Shown: positions 1 to 12,246 of the stretch, piece after piece
How positions within the stretch are numbered: position 1 is the first letter of the stretch
How the letters are laid out: the number at the start of each line of letters is the position of its first letter
Position numbers and translations under genes: made by a program
Origin: an uncultured candidate division Zixibacteria bacterium
GTDB lineage: Bacteria; Zixibacteria; MSB-5A5; UBA10806
DNA length: 64,000 bases
NCBI GenBank assembly: GCA_963801605.1
Contig: CAWDFP010000008.1
Span: forward strand, 10,314-74,313
Direction: 5' to 3'
Notes under the pieces: model-generated
The model's database searches: none
Seen by the model: only the letters and a program-made list of their open reading frames with translations
Told to the model about the DNA's origin: nothing

Positions 1-54
1 GGTGATGACAAGGGAAAATTGAGGCAACATCCTTGATTTTAACGCAGGTAATTT

Positions 55-1386
55 TTAGCGCTTCAGGGGATCGGTCTGACGAACCAATGTGCCGGTTTGA
101 AGAACTTCCTCGATTTTATAGACTCCCAGCTTGCGGTTCTTAATAAAACCGTTTAGAGCCTTTTCGGCCAGGATGCCATCCTTCAGCATATCTCTCAACC
201 ATTCCGCGGCTTGAAGCGGCGAATACTGCGGCAGGGCACACGATTTATCCATAAGCCATTTGCCGTTTTTATCCTCCTGGGTTCCGATGGTAGGCGCCAT
301 GACAATCGGAATACCGAGTGCGGAGTAGAATGAAAGTTCGCTGGGTTTGGTCCAGAGAATATCAGTGGTTCGCATCAAACGATTGAAATGTTCGAAATAG
401 GCGGGCCGGCTATCCTCGCGAATAACTTCGATACCATTGGTATTCTTGGGATACAACCCAATATGAAGCAGAAAATCGACGAAGGCTCGTTCCACAAATC
501 GATTCGTGCCGGCAACAAGTTTGAGTTTGAAGCGACCATCGAGAATACCGTCTTTAAGGCTTAGGGCTAATTGCTGGCCGATCTCAACCTGGGCGCCTGC
601 TCCGCCAACCGCAAAGGTAACGGTCACCGGCTGAATATCACCGGCGTTGGAATCCCAGGGTCCGAGATTTTGTTCGACAAGTGGACGGTAAAGCGAAATA
701 AAACGTCCCTTTGGATCGAGCCGGTGCAAACGGGCCAGAAAATCGGATTTCAAAATCGGCATATCCGGCCCGCCAATATTTTCTTTGGGCAGAGGGAATC
801 CCGTAATAAATATCCGCTCGTCGGGCACGCCATACGACCTTAACCGTCGCATAACTCGTCCACAGGGGGCAAAATAATAAATCTGGCTTTCCCTGGGCTT
901 GGTAGCTACCCAGACGCGGTTGAGATCAGCGTCGCAAATAACGGTATATATGGGATTATAATGATAATGATCGGCAACCATCGAGGGTGCATAGAATGTC
1001 GAAATAATGGGAAGATGGTTGGTGGCGATTCGGCGCATTAGAGTTTTGCCCAGGCCGCGCCTGATAAAATAATCAACTATATAATTATTAGGGGCGGCCT
1101 TCGAAAGATCACGAAGCGGATAGAATGGCGGAATTCGAAGCAATGAATTCATTAACCCAAAAAGCCAATTGCCTATTATCGGGATTTCTTTGGTTCGGGA
1201 TATGAATTCGTAGATGGCCCGGATGCTGCGCCAGAAACGGGCTTCGCCGCTGTCAGTGACATCGGGATCGCCAGCGGTAATAATACCACCCTCGGCCATG
1301 TAGGAAAGCGGAAACGCGGCTCGCTGGTGCCCCAGGCCCATGTCAGCAGTGACCACCCAGGCCTTTGTACTATTAGGATTCAACAT
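55..1386 (-). CDS. Glycosyltransferase-like protein (GT-B, MGDG synthase/MurG-like)
   Basis: N-terminal DMGLGHQRAA; GGAGAQ; DILWTKPSELSFYSALGIPIV...QEDKN resemble GT28-like motifs. Confidence 0.6.
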   Translation of the reverse strand: MLNPNSTKAWVVTADMGLGHQRAAFPLSYMAEGGIITAGDPDVTDSGEARFWRSIRAIYEFISRTKEIPIIGNWLFGLMNSLLRIPPFYPLRDLSKAAPNNYIVDYFIRRGLGKTLMRRIATNHLPIISTFYAPSMVADHYHYNPIYTVICDADLNRVWVATKPRESQIYYFAPCGRVMRRLRSYGVPDERIFITGFPLPKENIGGPDMPILKSDFLARLHRLDPKGRFISLYRPLVEQNLGPWDSNAGDIQPVTVTFAVGGAGAQVEIGQQLALSLKDGILDGRFKLKLVAGTNRFVERAFVDFLLHIGLYPKNTNGIEVIREDSRPAYFEHFNRLMRTTDILWTKPSELSFYSALGIPIVMAPTIGTQEDKNGKWLMDKSCALPQYSPLQAAEWLRDMLKDGILAEKALNGFIKNRKLGVYKIEEVLQTGTLVRQTDPLKR

Positions 1387-1737
1387 GCTATTACTCGCAT
1401 CGACACTATTTATATCCGTATTTGGTGTCCAGATAAAGTAAAATTATTAATTATTTAGTAATTCAACAGATTTTAACTGAGCGTTTTTAGTATAGACAAG
1501 TTAAAACCGCCGCTGTATAATACAGTTTTAATGATAGCTGATATTGCAAAAGTAACCGGAAAGCATTTGAAATTGCCGGATATGACTCTGTTTTATTCGA
1601 CGCATTACTTTAAATTTCGATACATCAGCTGTATTATTATTTATTACGCTATTTTGTTTGGTCCGATGAAATTTTTATTTCGAGCGTAAATTCACGAACC
1701 AATTTGATAAAGAATTTTTCACGATAGAGAGGTTTAA

Positions 1738-3483
1738 ATGTCTCCTAATCCGTTTGCCAGAAGATCGACAAAATCTATCAAAGATTTAATAGAGGTCTCA
1801 TCAGGGCAGAAAGCGGCTGATTTAAGCCTGGAAAACGGCAAGATTATCAATGTTTTTACGGGCGAAATTATCGAGGGCAATATTACTGTATTCCAGGAGC
1901 GAATTGCCGGAGTGGGGCCGAAATATAAAACCGCCAAAAGAATCGATCTCAAAGGTAAATATGTTGCGCCCGGCTTTATAGACGGGCACTTTCATATCGA
2001 ATCGTCTATGGTGACAATACCGGAGCTGGCACGCTTCATTGTACCGCGCGGGACAACCTCGGTGATAGCTGATCCTCATGAGATCGCCAATGTTTTGGGT
2101 TATGACGGCGTGCGGTACATGCTGGAATCATCTAAATATAATCCCATGAATGTTTTTCTGACTCTTCCCTCCTGCGTACCGTCCACCAATCTGGAAACAT
2201 CGGGCTCGACCATGAGGGCCTTTGATATCTATCCTTTCTTCCGCGAGAAATGGGTGGTCGGCTTAGGGGAAGTCATGAACTATCCGGGCGTTCTCAACGG
2301 TGACGAGGACCTCATGGAAAAGATCGCTATTACGGAGGAGAAACGGGTCGAGGGTCACGCGCCGGGCATGAGCGGTAAGGAGTTGGCGGGATATATTTCG
2401 GCGGGGATATCGTCCGATCATGAATCCACCACTCTGGAGGAGGCACGTGAGAAGCTTCGGCTGGGAATGTATGTCATGGCCCGCGAAGGATCGGCCGCCA
2501 GGAATCTCAAAGACCTGATTCCGTTGATAAAGCCCGAAAACCGGAGCCGTTTCATGCTGGTAACGGACGATCACAACCCCAGCGATATTTTGGCTACCGG
2601 CCATATGGATGGAGTCGTGCGCAAAGCTGTGCGGCTGGGGCTTAATCCGATAACGGCGATTCAGCTTACGACAATAAATCCCGCCCAATATTTCGGGCTT
2701 AAGGACCTGGGTGCAATCGCTCCGGGATTGTTAGCTGATTTAGTGGTTTTCGACAATCTTAAAGATATTAACGCCACTGAGGTTTTCAAGAAAGGACAGC
2801 TTGTCGGTAAGAATGGGGAAGCTGTATACGACGAAGTACCGCGGCCTCGTCCGATGATAAGAAGCACGGTGAATATCAAGTGGCTCGAAGGGGACGAATT
2901 CCGTATTCCCGCTAAAAAAGGGCGAGTGCGAGTAATAGGCATTATCCCCAATCAGATAGTAACAAAGCACAAAGTTGTAACACCGAAGCTTGCCGGCCGC
3001 GAGGTTGTGTCCGATACCAAACGCGATATCCTGAAAACATTCGTTCTCGAAAGGCATACAGCGTCGGGACGAATCGGCAAGGGACTGGTGCAGGGATTTG
3101 GAATCAAACGAGGAGCGGTGGCAACATCGATAGCGCACGATTCGCATAATATTATCGCTATTGGAGTTGATGATGCCGATATTTTCAAGGCGGTTATACA
3201 TATCAATAAGATCGGCGGCGGCGTGGTGGCAGTATCCGACGGCGAGGTTATGGCGGATGTTAAACTGCCGATTGCGGGTTTGATGTCGGATAAGCCGCTT
3301 CGGGAGGTGGCTGAGGCCGTGCGTAAAATCACCCTGGCAATACAGGATTTAGGTTCAGAGCTCGAAGACCCAATAATGACACTCAGCTTTTTGGCTCTGC
3401 CGGTAATACCTGAACTGAAGCTTACAGATTTTGGCTTGATAGATGCAGTGGAATTCAAGAAGATCGATTTATTTGTAAAATAG
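1738..3483 (+). CDS. ade: Adenine deaminase
   Basis: PGFIDGHFHIESS, ADPHEIANVLG, GLGEVMNYPGV, EGHAPG, SDHE, AHDSHN, LSFLALPVIPELKLTD motifs; 581 aa. Confidence 0.95.
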   Translation: MSPNPFARRSTKSIKDLIEVSSGQKAADLSLENGKIINVFTGEIIEGNITVFQERIAGVGPKYKTAKRIDLKGKYVAPGFIDGHFHIESSMVTIPELARFIVPRGTTSVIADPHEIANVLGYDGVRYMLESSKYNPMNVFLTLPSCVPSTNLETSGSTMRAFDIYPFFREKWVVGLGEVMNYPGVLNGDEDLMEKIAITEEKRVEGHAPGMSGKELAGYISAGISSDHESTTLEEAREKLRLGMYVMAREGSAARNLKDLIPLIKPENRSRFMLVTDDHNPSDILATGHMDGVVRKAVRLGLNPITAIQLTTINPAQYFGLKDLGAIAPGLLADLVVFDNLKDINATEVFKKGQLVGKNGEAVYDEVPRPRPMIRSTVNIKWLEGDEFRIPAKKGRVRVIGIIPNQIVTKHKVVTPKLAGREVVSDTKRDILKTFVLERHTASGRIGKGLVQGFGIKRGAVATSIAHDSHNIIAIGVDDADIFKAVIHINKIGGGVVAVSDGEVMADVKLPIAGLMSDKPLREVAEAVRKITLAIQDLGSELEDPIMTLSFLALPVIPELKLTDFGLIDAVEFKKIDLFVK

Positions 3484-3685
3484 CGCTCATAACGCGTTGT
3501 AATTACGATCTGAATTTTTCAAAATCTGAGGGTATCTGCCGGCGCCGGTAACTTCCAAAAAGAATATATAGTAGCTGGAAATCCAATTATTAACGGGACT
3601 TCCGGGCAATAACCTACACAAGATATTTTTAATTATAGTCGGTAATTACGCTTTGAGCTTAGGGATCGATTGTATCGTAAAGAAG

Positions 3686-5649
3686 CTAATTAAAGAAATT
3701 CCACATAAAGCCAACCCACACGATACGAGGTGATTCGAGGTAAGGCCACCAGGTGGAATAACTGGAATTAAGCAGGTTTTCGTCATTGAGCCAGATTGTT
3801 AAATCTTTATAGCGGAATTCAAGTCGTCCAGAAAGCGATGAAAAACTGCCGGTAAATCCCTTCGTAATCGATCGGTAATCCCGTCGGCTTGAAACGCGGG
3901 CCTCCAGCGAGGCTCCAAGATATAATCTGGGAATGAAAACCTGTTTTAAGTATGACAATCTGGCATAAGCCAGTGCTGCCGGGCCCTTTTCTAAATTATC
4001 GGAGAAAAATCGTTTTGACCATTTGCGATAAGCCCCCGAAACCTCACCGGTAAGCGGTCCATAATCGGCGCTGGCCCTGGCGAATATCTCCATAAAGTTA
4101 TCATCAAAGTTGGTGGGCGTTACTGTGAAGTTGCCAACGGAATCGGAGGCGTAAGTAAGATAAATTTGCGATTTAATTTTCTTATAGGATATACCCTCGA
4201 TCGATTTTACCTGGCCCCATGACGATTCGACTCCAAAAGTTGCCTGAGTTGTCACCGGCATTTTCAGATCAGGATTCGATATAAAGCTATAGGAATTTAA
4301 TAAGGTTCCGACGCCCAAGCCGCTGGCAGAATCATTAAAGTAAAGCAGATTGAGATCGGGCTGGCGCCGAGAACGAATTATCTCGATAAAAGGCTTTTGA
4401 TTCGAATTCAAAGCATAAAATAATTTAGCCGATGGCAAAAAGGCGCTTTTATCAACTTTATTCCAGGCATAAACTACATTCAGATCATAATCAATTGAAA
4501 CGAGCTTGCCGCGCAATCTAACTGATGGTTCAACTTCCCCAATAGCGGGATTATTCCCGGAAATTTTAGAGACGTTATATCGATAGTATTGCAGAACGCC
4601 ATCGAGAATATAGTTTGAACTGGAATCGGAAAGAAGCGCTTGACCGCCAATTACCTTATAAATCTCTTTAATCTCATTTGAATATCCATCGACGAGTTTG
4701 ATTGTTGTTTTGAAAAAAACCGGTCAGGGTTGCGCTGTAATTTTCCATCAATTTGGTTTTATAACGGAGCTCTCCCCTGCTGATTGAACGGTTATATCGT
4801 GATTGTTGGGCGGTCAGAAAATCGAAAGTATTAAAACCGCCTTTAGCCTTATGCTGCCAGAGATCAATGCTGACTTCACCTTTTCCTATTTGCCGGGAAA
4901 TCCCTCCGGTAACATGGAAAGCCGTTATAATCGGAGTTAACTTCGTAACCACCTGATTTTTTAAATCCCGCCGTAAAATAAGTGTAAGTCTTTTTACCGA
5001 AGGGCCTGAAGAAACGCCAATGCGAAGCCTCGTAACTATAAGGCCCGCGAGCCACGTCGATATCCGACCGATTGGAGTTATCGGCAGGGCGGCCAACTTT
5101 GAAATCGAGTTCATCGGCAGATCGGGATTTAGGATTCCAGGAGATATCATTTAAGATTTCCCAGGGGATTGTATTGAGATCGGTTCCGATAACGTACGGC
5201 CTGTACAATCCCTGATAGGGAAACGGCAATCCGTTAAGTTTGATTTCAATACCGGGTACGTTGAGGTATTCGAAAGGTATGGCAGGCGAGCCAACCGTTC
5301 CCGGGGTAGAAACGAAAATATCGGGGATATCTTTAACCTCATCCTCCGGCCCTTTTGAAATACGGCTGCGGTCATGAAAGATTGAGGATGTAATCACGGT
5401 TTGAAGCGATTCGGCCGCCAAAGATTCAGGCGAGACCGTGGCGAGTCGCAGCGTTGACGCTATTGAATCCGGCAATATAAAGGAAGTATCGCTTTCAACC
5501 GGCGCGGGAGCTGCACCCAGCGTATCGGGTTTGCTGTAGGGCACCGTACTCGATGCCGTGTCTGGAGGAGCCACCTGAGCTTTGAGCGGAGCGATTAAAA
5601 ACGCAATCAACGCGCAAGCGGCGGCAGTAGATATCCTATTCGTTTCCAA
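3686..5649 (-). CDS. Outer-membrane beta-barrel protein, TonB-dependent receptor/porin-like (frameshifted; ORF pieces 4876-5649, part of 4674-5150, 3686-4516)
   Basis: Signal peptide; plug-like segment (IKLNGLPF...DLNTIPWEIL); aromatic beta-strand C-terminus ...WVGFMWNFFN. Confidence 0.55.
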
Positions 5650-6170
5650 ATCCTGTAAATGATTAATGATGAAAAAGCGAAAATAACCGTATTGCTAATC
5701 AAGTGAATTACGCCAAATCCGAGACCGCCAATGAATGATGGCCAGAACGGCCCAAAGACGATGGCAAATGCGAGATTGGTTGTTATATCGTACCACAACG
5801 TTAGAATCGCGCCACAAGCGGCCAGCAGGAGCGCCATGCGTTTAGTTTCATAATGATTGATAATAATCGGCCTGAGCAGCCCTCCTGCCAAACCGAAGAG
5901 AATAAAACCGACAAGTTGAGCCAAACCCACGAGCGGCATTATTTGAATTCCGTTCGGATTAAAAAAGATAAAGATAATTCCGGCTACGAGCGCCACACCA
6001 AGTCCATCCCAAATGCCCAAAAATACTCCTGACAAAAAAAGCGCGAGCGAAAATGTTTCCACGTTGGGGATCGCCAGAAACGGAGCGTTAACCCCAAATG
6101 CCAGCGCCGAAAAAATCCCAACCCTGGCCACATCCGAAAGCCCAAATCTGCTACGACCTTTCTCAGGCAT
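5607..6170 (-). CDS. ECF transporter S-component
   Basis: ~187 aa with about 6 hydrophobic helices and an IPNVE motif; start placed at ATG 6170 (MPEKG). Confidence 0.75.
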   Translation of the reverse strand: MPEKGRSRFGLSDVARVGIFSALAFGVNAPFLAIPNVETFSLALFLSGVFLGIWDGLGVALVAGIIFIFFNPNGIQIMPLVGLAQLVGFILFGLAGGLLRPIIINHYETKRMALLLAACGAILTLWYDITTNLAFAIVFGPFWPSFIGGLGFGVIHLISNTVIFAFSSLIIYRIWKRIGYLLPPLAR

Positions 6171-6171
6171 C

Positions 6172-8017
6172 TCATTTGACGCCGTTAACAACGGCGAATC
6201 TTGCCGGTTGCTGTATTTCCGCCGGCTCTGAATAGGTAGATGTATATGCCTGAGGCAATAAAATCCCCTCCCGCAGTTTTTCCGTCCCATTGAATACCGT
6301 GTGCATATCGTCCAGCATCGGTAAATAAAAACCTCTCCCCCGGAATTTTCTGTACCAGCGCCCCGGATGCATCGTAAATCAGCATCTCCATTTCCGATTT
6401 AGAATACGTTTTGTCGAGCGAATAGGGAATTGTCAGAGAGTCGCCGCCGCTAATTACGTATGGTGATGGGTATGCCTGTGAAACGCCAAACACCGGTGAA
6501 CCCTCACCGCCGGTAAGAGAAGCGTCATATACAAGCGTTCCACCATAATTAAAACTTGAATAATTAGGATTCAACCCAGTTACCGTCGGGATTAATACTA
6601 TGGCTCGGTAGCTATTCCAATCGATCCATGGTCCCGCGCCAGCACCTGTAGTCGGGTTAACCTGGATATCTACCCAACGACTGTCATTGGCCCGATAACC
6701 AAGCAGGGCCACATGCCATCCCAGACCGCCGGAAAGGTCCTGCCCATTAAAATTGGCGATAATACCGCCTGTCGCAGTCGGGATGGAATTCATGATTACA
6801 AAATTAGCCCCAAATTCCTGGGGATAATCGAAAATATTAGTTAGCGTAAAGGGAGTGATTCCCGGCAAATTGCCGACATAAAGGGTTGTTTCGGCGCCCG
6901 GGAAGCGGCGTCCATCAGTAAAATAATGAACCGTATCGGCCAGTGCGCCGGTTTGGAAATTCCAGACTTCAAATTCGAGGAAAGCGCTGCTTATGTCGCT
7001 GCCTCGGGCCCGGAGCGCGCCATCAGTGGCAGGCAGAGTATTGTACCCCGCAACCGCGCCGCACCTTTGCCAGATATCTTTCATGATGCTGAGATCGTCG
7101 AAACTCTCTGTCAGATACATCGGCCATACGCAACTGGCATAGGGATGAAACGCCTCGGCGCTGCCGCCGTAAGAAAATACGCCGAGACCCATCCATATAT
7201 AATTGTAGAAATACGGCAAATACCCGATGTAGTCTTTAATATAACTATAGACAACATTTTCCATCCAGGTGGATGATGCCTCCTCCCACCAGGGTTTGTA
7301 GGTGGCGGGAAGCGAGTCTACCAGAGCGTCGAATTCAAAGGCGTCATATCCAAATTGAACAGCGTGGAAAAATTCGTGCGCCGCGGTTACTTTTGTCGGT
7401 TCGAGGGGATGTTGCCGGTAATTTGGATTAAGGGTTTCCTGGAAATCGTTTTCGATCTCGATAAAGCTTGTGGCTCTGTACCCGAGGATGCTGTCATCCT
7501 GAGTAAAACCAAAATAACCGGAGCCGAGATTTACGAGATAGATATCATATCGATTGTCTCCGCCGTTTCCGAAATCGGTTGGAGGCGGTAGATAACCAAG
7601 CGAATCAATTTCAATACTCCAAACGTGTTCGAAAACATCGGCGACGCGCGTAACATGTTGGGGAACCCCCGCCAGAGAATCGATTCCCGATTGGTAAACG
7701 GAATCGGATCCGGTAGTCGTATAATGGATGAGAAAGTGAGTTGTGCCGTAAGAATCGGGGAGCGTTGGACGCTGGTTTTGAAGCGTAAGCTCAACGCTTG
7801 GATATTTATGATTGTAGTACGCCAGTGCTGAAAAAACCGGAGTTCCGCATTTTAAGGGAAGCATTTCGCCCGCGGCAGCCGGCGCGGGAGCCTGCCCTTT
7901 GACCTGGGCAACCCATGACGAAATAAGTTGGACCGCCTGTTTTTGCTCGGCTTCAGCGACTGCATAAGAGAAATAACAAATGACGCAAACGGCAATAATC
8001 AGCAATCGGCGCATCAT
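6172..8017 (-). CDS. Secreted zinc metalloprotease (MXAN_6640-like) with C-terminal FlgD-Ig/sorting-like domain
   Basis: Signal peptide, LKCGT propeptide, AAHEFFHAVQFGY, WWEEASSTWME; C-terminal IYDASG...WDGK...SGIYIY; probable frameshift in last codons (alternative frame ends FAVVNGVK at 6172). Confidence 0.8.
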
Positions 8018-8841
8018 TTTTCCTCCTTCACCCTCTTGAGTTCCATAAGACAGCTATATGGCACTTTTTGAGAGCCCATCAGCACTTTTCCCTTACGAGG
8101 GCCATGACAATCGGAACCCCCTGTATATATCACTCCGAATTTTTTGGCAAAATTCTTATAGCGCTGAACCGCCGACTTATCATGCAGTGAATGATAGGCC
8201 TCGATTCCATCCAAGCCCATTCCGACCAGATCAGGGATGAATTCATCGCGTTTCAAAGTCCCCGGATGTGCCAAGACCGCTACACCGCGCACCAGGTGTA
8301 TGAGACTGATACCCTCCTCGGGAATCAATACCGGTTTGGGAACGTAGGCGGGGGCATGATATCCCAGATAGCGCGCAAAAGCTTCATCATAGGTTTGAAC
8401 GAACTCCTCGCGCACCAGGGCATCGGCCAGGTGCGGGCGGCCAACGGCGCTATTGCCGGCAATGAGTTTGACCGTTTCCATCGACAAATTAATGCCGAGT
8501 TCGTTCAGCTTGGCTACCATCGCCTCGCCACGCTCGTAGCGTTCTCGACGAAAGGCCTCGATCTTTCTGACAAACTCCGGGTTTTCGTAGTCTATCAGAT
8601 ATCCCAGAATATGAACATCCATTCCCTTGTAATAGCAGGATAACTCCACACCGGGCAGTACTTCAAGTTGATCTTCGGTTACCAGTTCATGGGCGATTTT
8701 GAAGCCATCGACAGTGTCATGATCGGTCATAGCTATGGCGGCCAATCCGGATTGCATAGCATATTCCACAACCTCCGCGGGAGTAAACAAACCATCGGAA
8801 GCGTTACTGTGAATGTGTAAATCGATATATTCTTTTTTCAT
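8014..8841 (-). CDS. PHP-domain phosphoesterase (TrpH/YciV-like)
   Basis: DLHIHSNASDG, TDHDT, GVELS, HILGY, GRPHLA, AHPG, GGSDCHG. Confidence 0.9.
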   Translation of the reverse strand: MKKEYIDLHIHSNASDGLFTPAEVVEYAMQSGLAAIAMTDHDTVDGFKIAHELVTEDQLEVLPGVELSCYYKGMDVHILGYLIDYENPEFVRKIEAFRRERYERGEAMVAKLNELGINLSMETVKLIAGNSAVGRPHLADALVREEFVQTYDEAFARYLGYHAPAYVPKPVLIPEEGISLIHLVRGVAVLAHPGTLKRDEFIPDLVGMGLDGIEAYHSLHDKSAVQRYKNFAKKFGVIYTGGSDCHGPRKGKVLMGSQKVPYSCLMELKRVKEEK

Positions 8842-10368
8842 CCGAGTTTCAATTCTACAATTTTTTCGGTTTTATCGAATAGCTCCTGCGCCCTCGCAAG
8901 AGTAGATTTGGCCCTGTTAGCGAGCTCGCTGCGTTTGGTTTCATCTTCAAGGCCCGGTAGATTTATTCTGACATTCATATTGGCTCCCTTGACCGCCGAA
9001 AGGGCCATAAGATTCGCCACGCCGACATCCGAGATGGAATTGACATTTCCTTTCTCGGCGATTACCGGCAGATGCTCCATTATTGCCACTGTCTTTTCCA
9101 TCACTTCCAGAGGAATTGTGGATGCGAGCAGGGTAGCCTCCTGAATCTTGGCATTGCGCTGGGTAATCTCAAATTCGGTATATTTCGGCAACCGTCTGGC
9201 TGCAAGAACCTGGTCAAATCCCTGGGCATCCTTTTCGATTAGAAAAATCAGTTCCGGCCGCAGAGCATCGAGCTTCTTTAAGACTACCTTAAGCTCCTCG
9301 GAGACGTCAAGATACTTTTTCTTGCCGACCGTAAGACCACAGACCATCCCTCCCAAAGCGGCAGATAAAGCGCCCGCCAACGCCGATACCGAACCGCCAC
9401 CGGGAGTTGGAGTATTGGCCGCGACGCTATCTACAAAGGCTTTCATCCCCTGCTTGGCGGATAGTTCGGGTGATTTGAGTTTGTATTCGAGTATTTGCGA
9501 GGTTTTGAAATTTTCCAGGCCAAGATAAAAATCAGCTACATCAACTAAGGCCTGCATGGGAGTCAGACCGATAATCTCCGCTGAAATGAGCGGCACACCA
9601 TAACGACGGGCCTCGGATTTAATCATCTCGTAAGCGCGGAAGATCGGCGTCTTTTCAAAATTTACGAGATTCATCGAGACCTGTACCATTTGACGTTCTT
9701 TTATTTCGAAACCCAACGCTTTCACATAGCGCAGGCCGCCATCGCCAAACCTGATAGCCTTGGCAATATCCTTGGCAATTTTGAGATTGGTCGTTCCCAG
9801 GTAAACATTGAAAGCGACAAGATAAGGTCTGGCTCCGACGGCAGTGGCGCCTGCTGTGGGATGAGTCTGGCTGGGGCCGAAATCCGGTTTACGGTCGGGA
9901 TCGGTTCCGATAGAAGCTTTGATTCCCTCGTATTGTCCGCGTCTCACGTCGGCCAGATTTTCGCGTTCGGGGCGGGTAGCCGCGGATTCATAAAGATAGA
10001 TCGGAATACCAAGAGTCATCGGCCACCCTTTTACCCAACTGACGGGCCATTTCAACGCACTCTTCGATAGTTACTCCGGAGACAGGTATAAAGGGAACAA
10101 CATCGGTGGCGCCCATGCGGGGATGTTCACCTTGATGCTTTTCCATATCGATCAATTCGGTGGCCTTGACCATAGCTTTGTAAGCCGCTTCAAGGACCGG
10201 TTCCGGCTCGCCAACGAATGTAATGACGGCGCGGTTGTGATCTTTATCCATTTCCTGATCTAAAAGCTGAACGCCGTGAACGGCTTCAATTTCACCAACG
10301 ATGGCAGCGATTTTTTGGGGATCTCGTCCTTCCGAAAAATTAGGCACACATTCCACAAGCTTCGACAT
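8838..10368 (-). CDS. ftcD: Glutamate formimidoyltransferase/cyclodeaminase (frameshift near 10010)
   Basis: MSKLVECVPNFSEGRD, HQGEHPRMGATDVVPF; second ORF has cyclodeaminase motif TPGGGSVSAL and NVRINL. Confidence 0.9.
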
Positions 10369-10369
10369 A

Positions 10370-11331
10370 CTACATCCTATTCCCTTCCATAAATTTATCT
10401 TTAATGGCCGCAGCCAGAAGCGGGATCATTATTTCATGATGCCCCGTAAAACTAAATCCCTGACCGTTTCCGGCTACCGGCCGAGTCGTCACGTTTGTAT
10501 TTGGCCGATAATGCTGAATCATATCGAAATTAACCGCTGTAAAATTTGTCACATCTTCCGTAAATATTGCGGGCCACCGTCAGCGCTTTCAGAAATACCT
10601 CCGGCATTATCACCGCCGAACCGATATTTAATACGACACCGCCGGAGAGATGCCCCACTGATTCGCATAAAATATGAAAATCTCCGTGAGATAGCTCGCC
10701 AAATAAGGCGCCATCAAAGCCAGGATGCTGGCAGATCGTATCGGTGCCAATAGCGATATGGACAGTGGCCGGAATGCCCTTTGTATAGCAAGCGCTTAAA
10801 ACTGAATGAGAAGCGTACTGCGCCGCTTTATCGCCAAAAAACTTTCCTAAACCCTCGCCTAATCCAAGTTTCTCTTTCTGAGCTAATTGAGCGGCTTCGA
10901 AAAATGAGTTTCGGCGTTTCTTCGACCATTCCAAAGGTGCCATCGGATAAGGCCATCGGCCACTTCTTCGGAGGTCCGTCCAAAAAAAGCCATTTCGAGA
11001 TCGTGAATTACAAAAGCGCCATTAACTGCCATATGGGTGATAAAGCCGCGCTCTATGAGATCAATCAAAATATCGGAAAGCCCCACCTTAATCGGATGCG
11101 CTCCCATCATCCAGATGACCGGTTTTTCCTGACGCTGGCGCCGGCGATCTTTTCGGCCACGACTAATAAATCCCTGGCCTTCAGATAATCGGGAAGGGAA
11201 TCCAGGAATTCCGAAAGCGAAGTCTCAGGAGAGGAAATCTTGCCCAGCCGGGAAATATCGGCTTTGGTTTGACGATTCTCGACTTTCAGGGTCTTGATTT
11301 TGGAGATATCAATTTTTTTGAATTTGCTCAT
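10370..11331 (-). CDS. Conserved GSU2086-like protein, deoxyhypusine-synthase-like fold (about 3 frameshifts)
   Basis: Consecutive ORF pieces give GAHPIKVGLS, NGAFVIHDLE, TVHIAIGTD, GSAVIMPEVFLKAL, HYRP, GHHEIMIPLL. Confidence 0.65.
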
Positions 11332-12246
11332 CGGAGATTTTCCCGCGGGTGAATTTGTTGAGTTGGGCGTTAATCGAGCCCAAAATATAGACTTCGCTTT
11401 TCATCATGACCGGCATTTTATATTGATCATCGGTAATCCAAATTTTTATATTGCCCTTGGCTTTGAATATTCCCTCGGAACGCATGACAGGTTCGATTAT
11501 GATACAGTCGAATTCACCGGCGGGAACTTCGACATGCTCCCTGCCAAGCACTCTAACGTTGATAGGATAGTTTTTTCTATCGGAGTGGCTGTCGATCAAT
11601 ATATCCTCTCCCGGGCACAAGCTCCTGAGTTCTAATATAATATAAGCTCGATAACGGGTCCTGGACAAAGGCGAATGTAGGTATGGTATCATTTCCGGTG
11701 ATCGCCAGGTGCTTTTTTTGATCAAACTTGGTCTGGCGATTTACCTTATATTTTCCCTCGCGAATTTGCTTGGTAAAATACCTGGGAAAAAGACCGGGCA
11801 TATCGATATATGTCTGAACGGTATCGCGCACTTTGTAAAAAACCGAAATAAAATCGTTGGAATTGGCGATAGAGACGACCCGATAGCAAATATGGTTATC
11901 AACCAAGGCCGTATCCTTAATCTCCATCACAGCGTTTCCGGCGGAGATAGAGCCATATTTGACCGAAAATTCAAGCCTCTCCCCAACTCCAAAGGCCTTA
12001 TTGGGAACTGTCCGGCTCCACCAGGAGGAATCAATGATTGGCTCCGCCAGCTTGTTGGAGAGCGGTAATGTATCGGTAATTTGCGGCAGCGTTTCGGCCG
12101 GAACCGGTGTTACGGCCGCGGGAGTAGAATCGATAACCGCATTAACTACCGTATCGCTGGATGGCAAGGTGCTCTCCTCGGGATTGCCTCCCAAGGCCGA
12201 AAGAATAATCAATTGGCAAAATAAGAGTGCGAAATAAATTGGTCAT
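11309..12246 (-). CDS. DUF3108 family exported protein (frameshifted)
   Basis: GERLEFSVKYG, FYKVRDTVQTY, QDPLSSLYYIR, EVPAGEFDC, IWITDDQYKMPV. Confidence 0.75.

Noticed and set aside
1510..1590. Purine riboswitch upstream of adenine deaminase
   Set aside because: TATAAT and a ccgg...ccgg stem are present, but the conserved GTTTCTAC junction and the ATATGG/CCGTAAA kissing loops are missing
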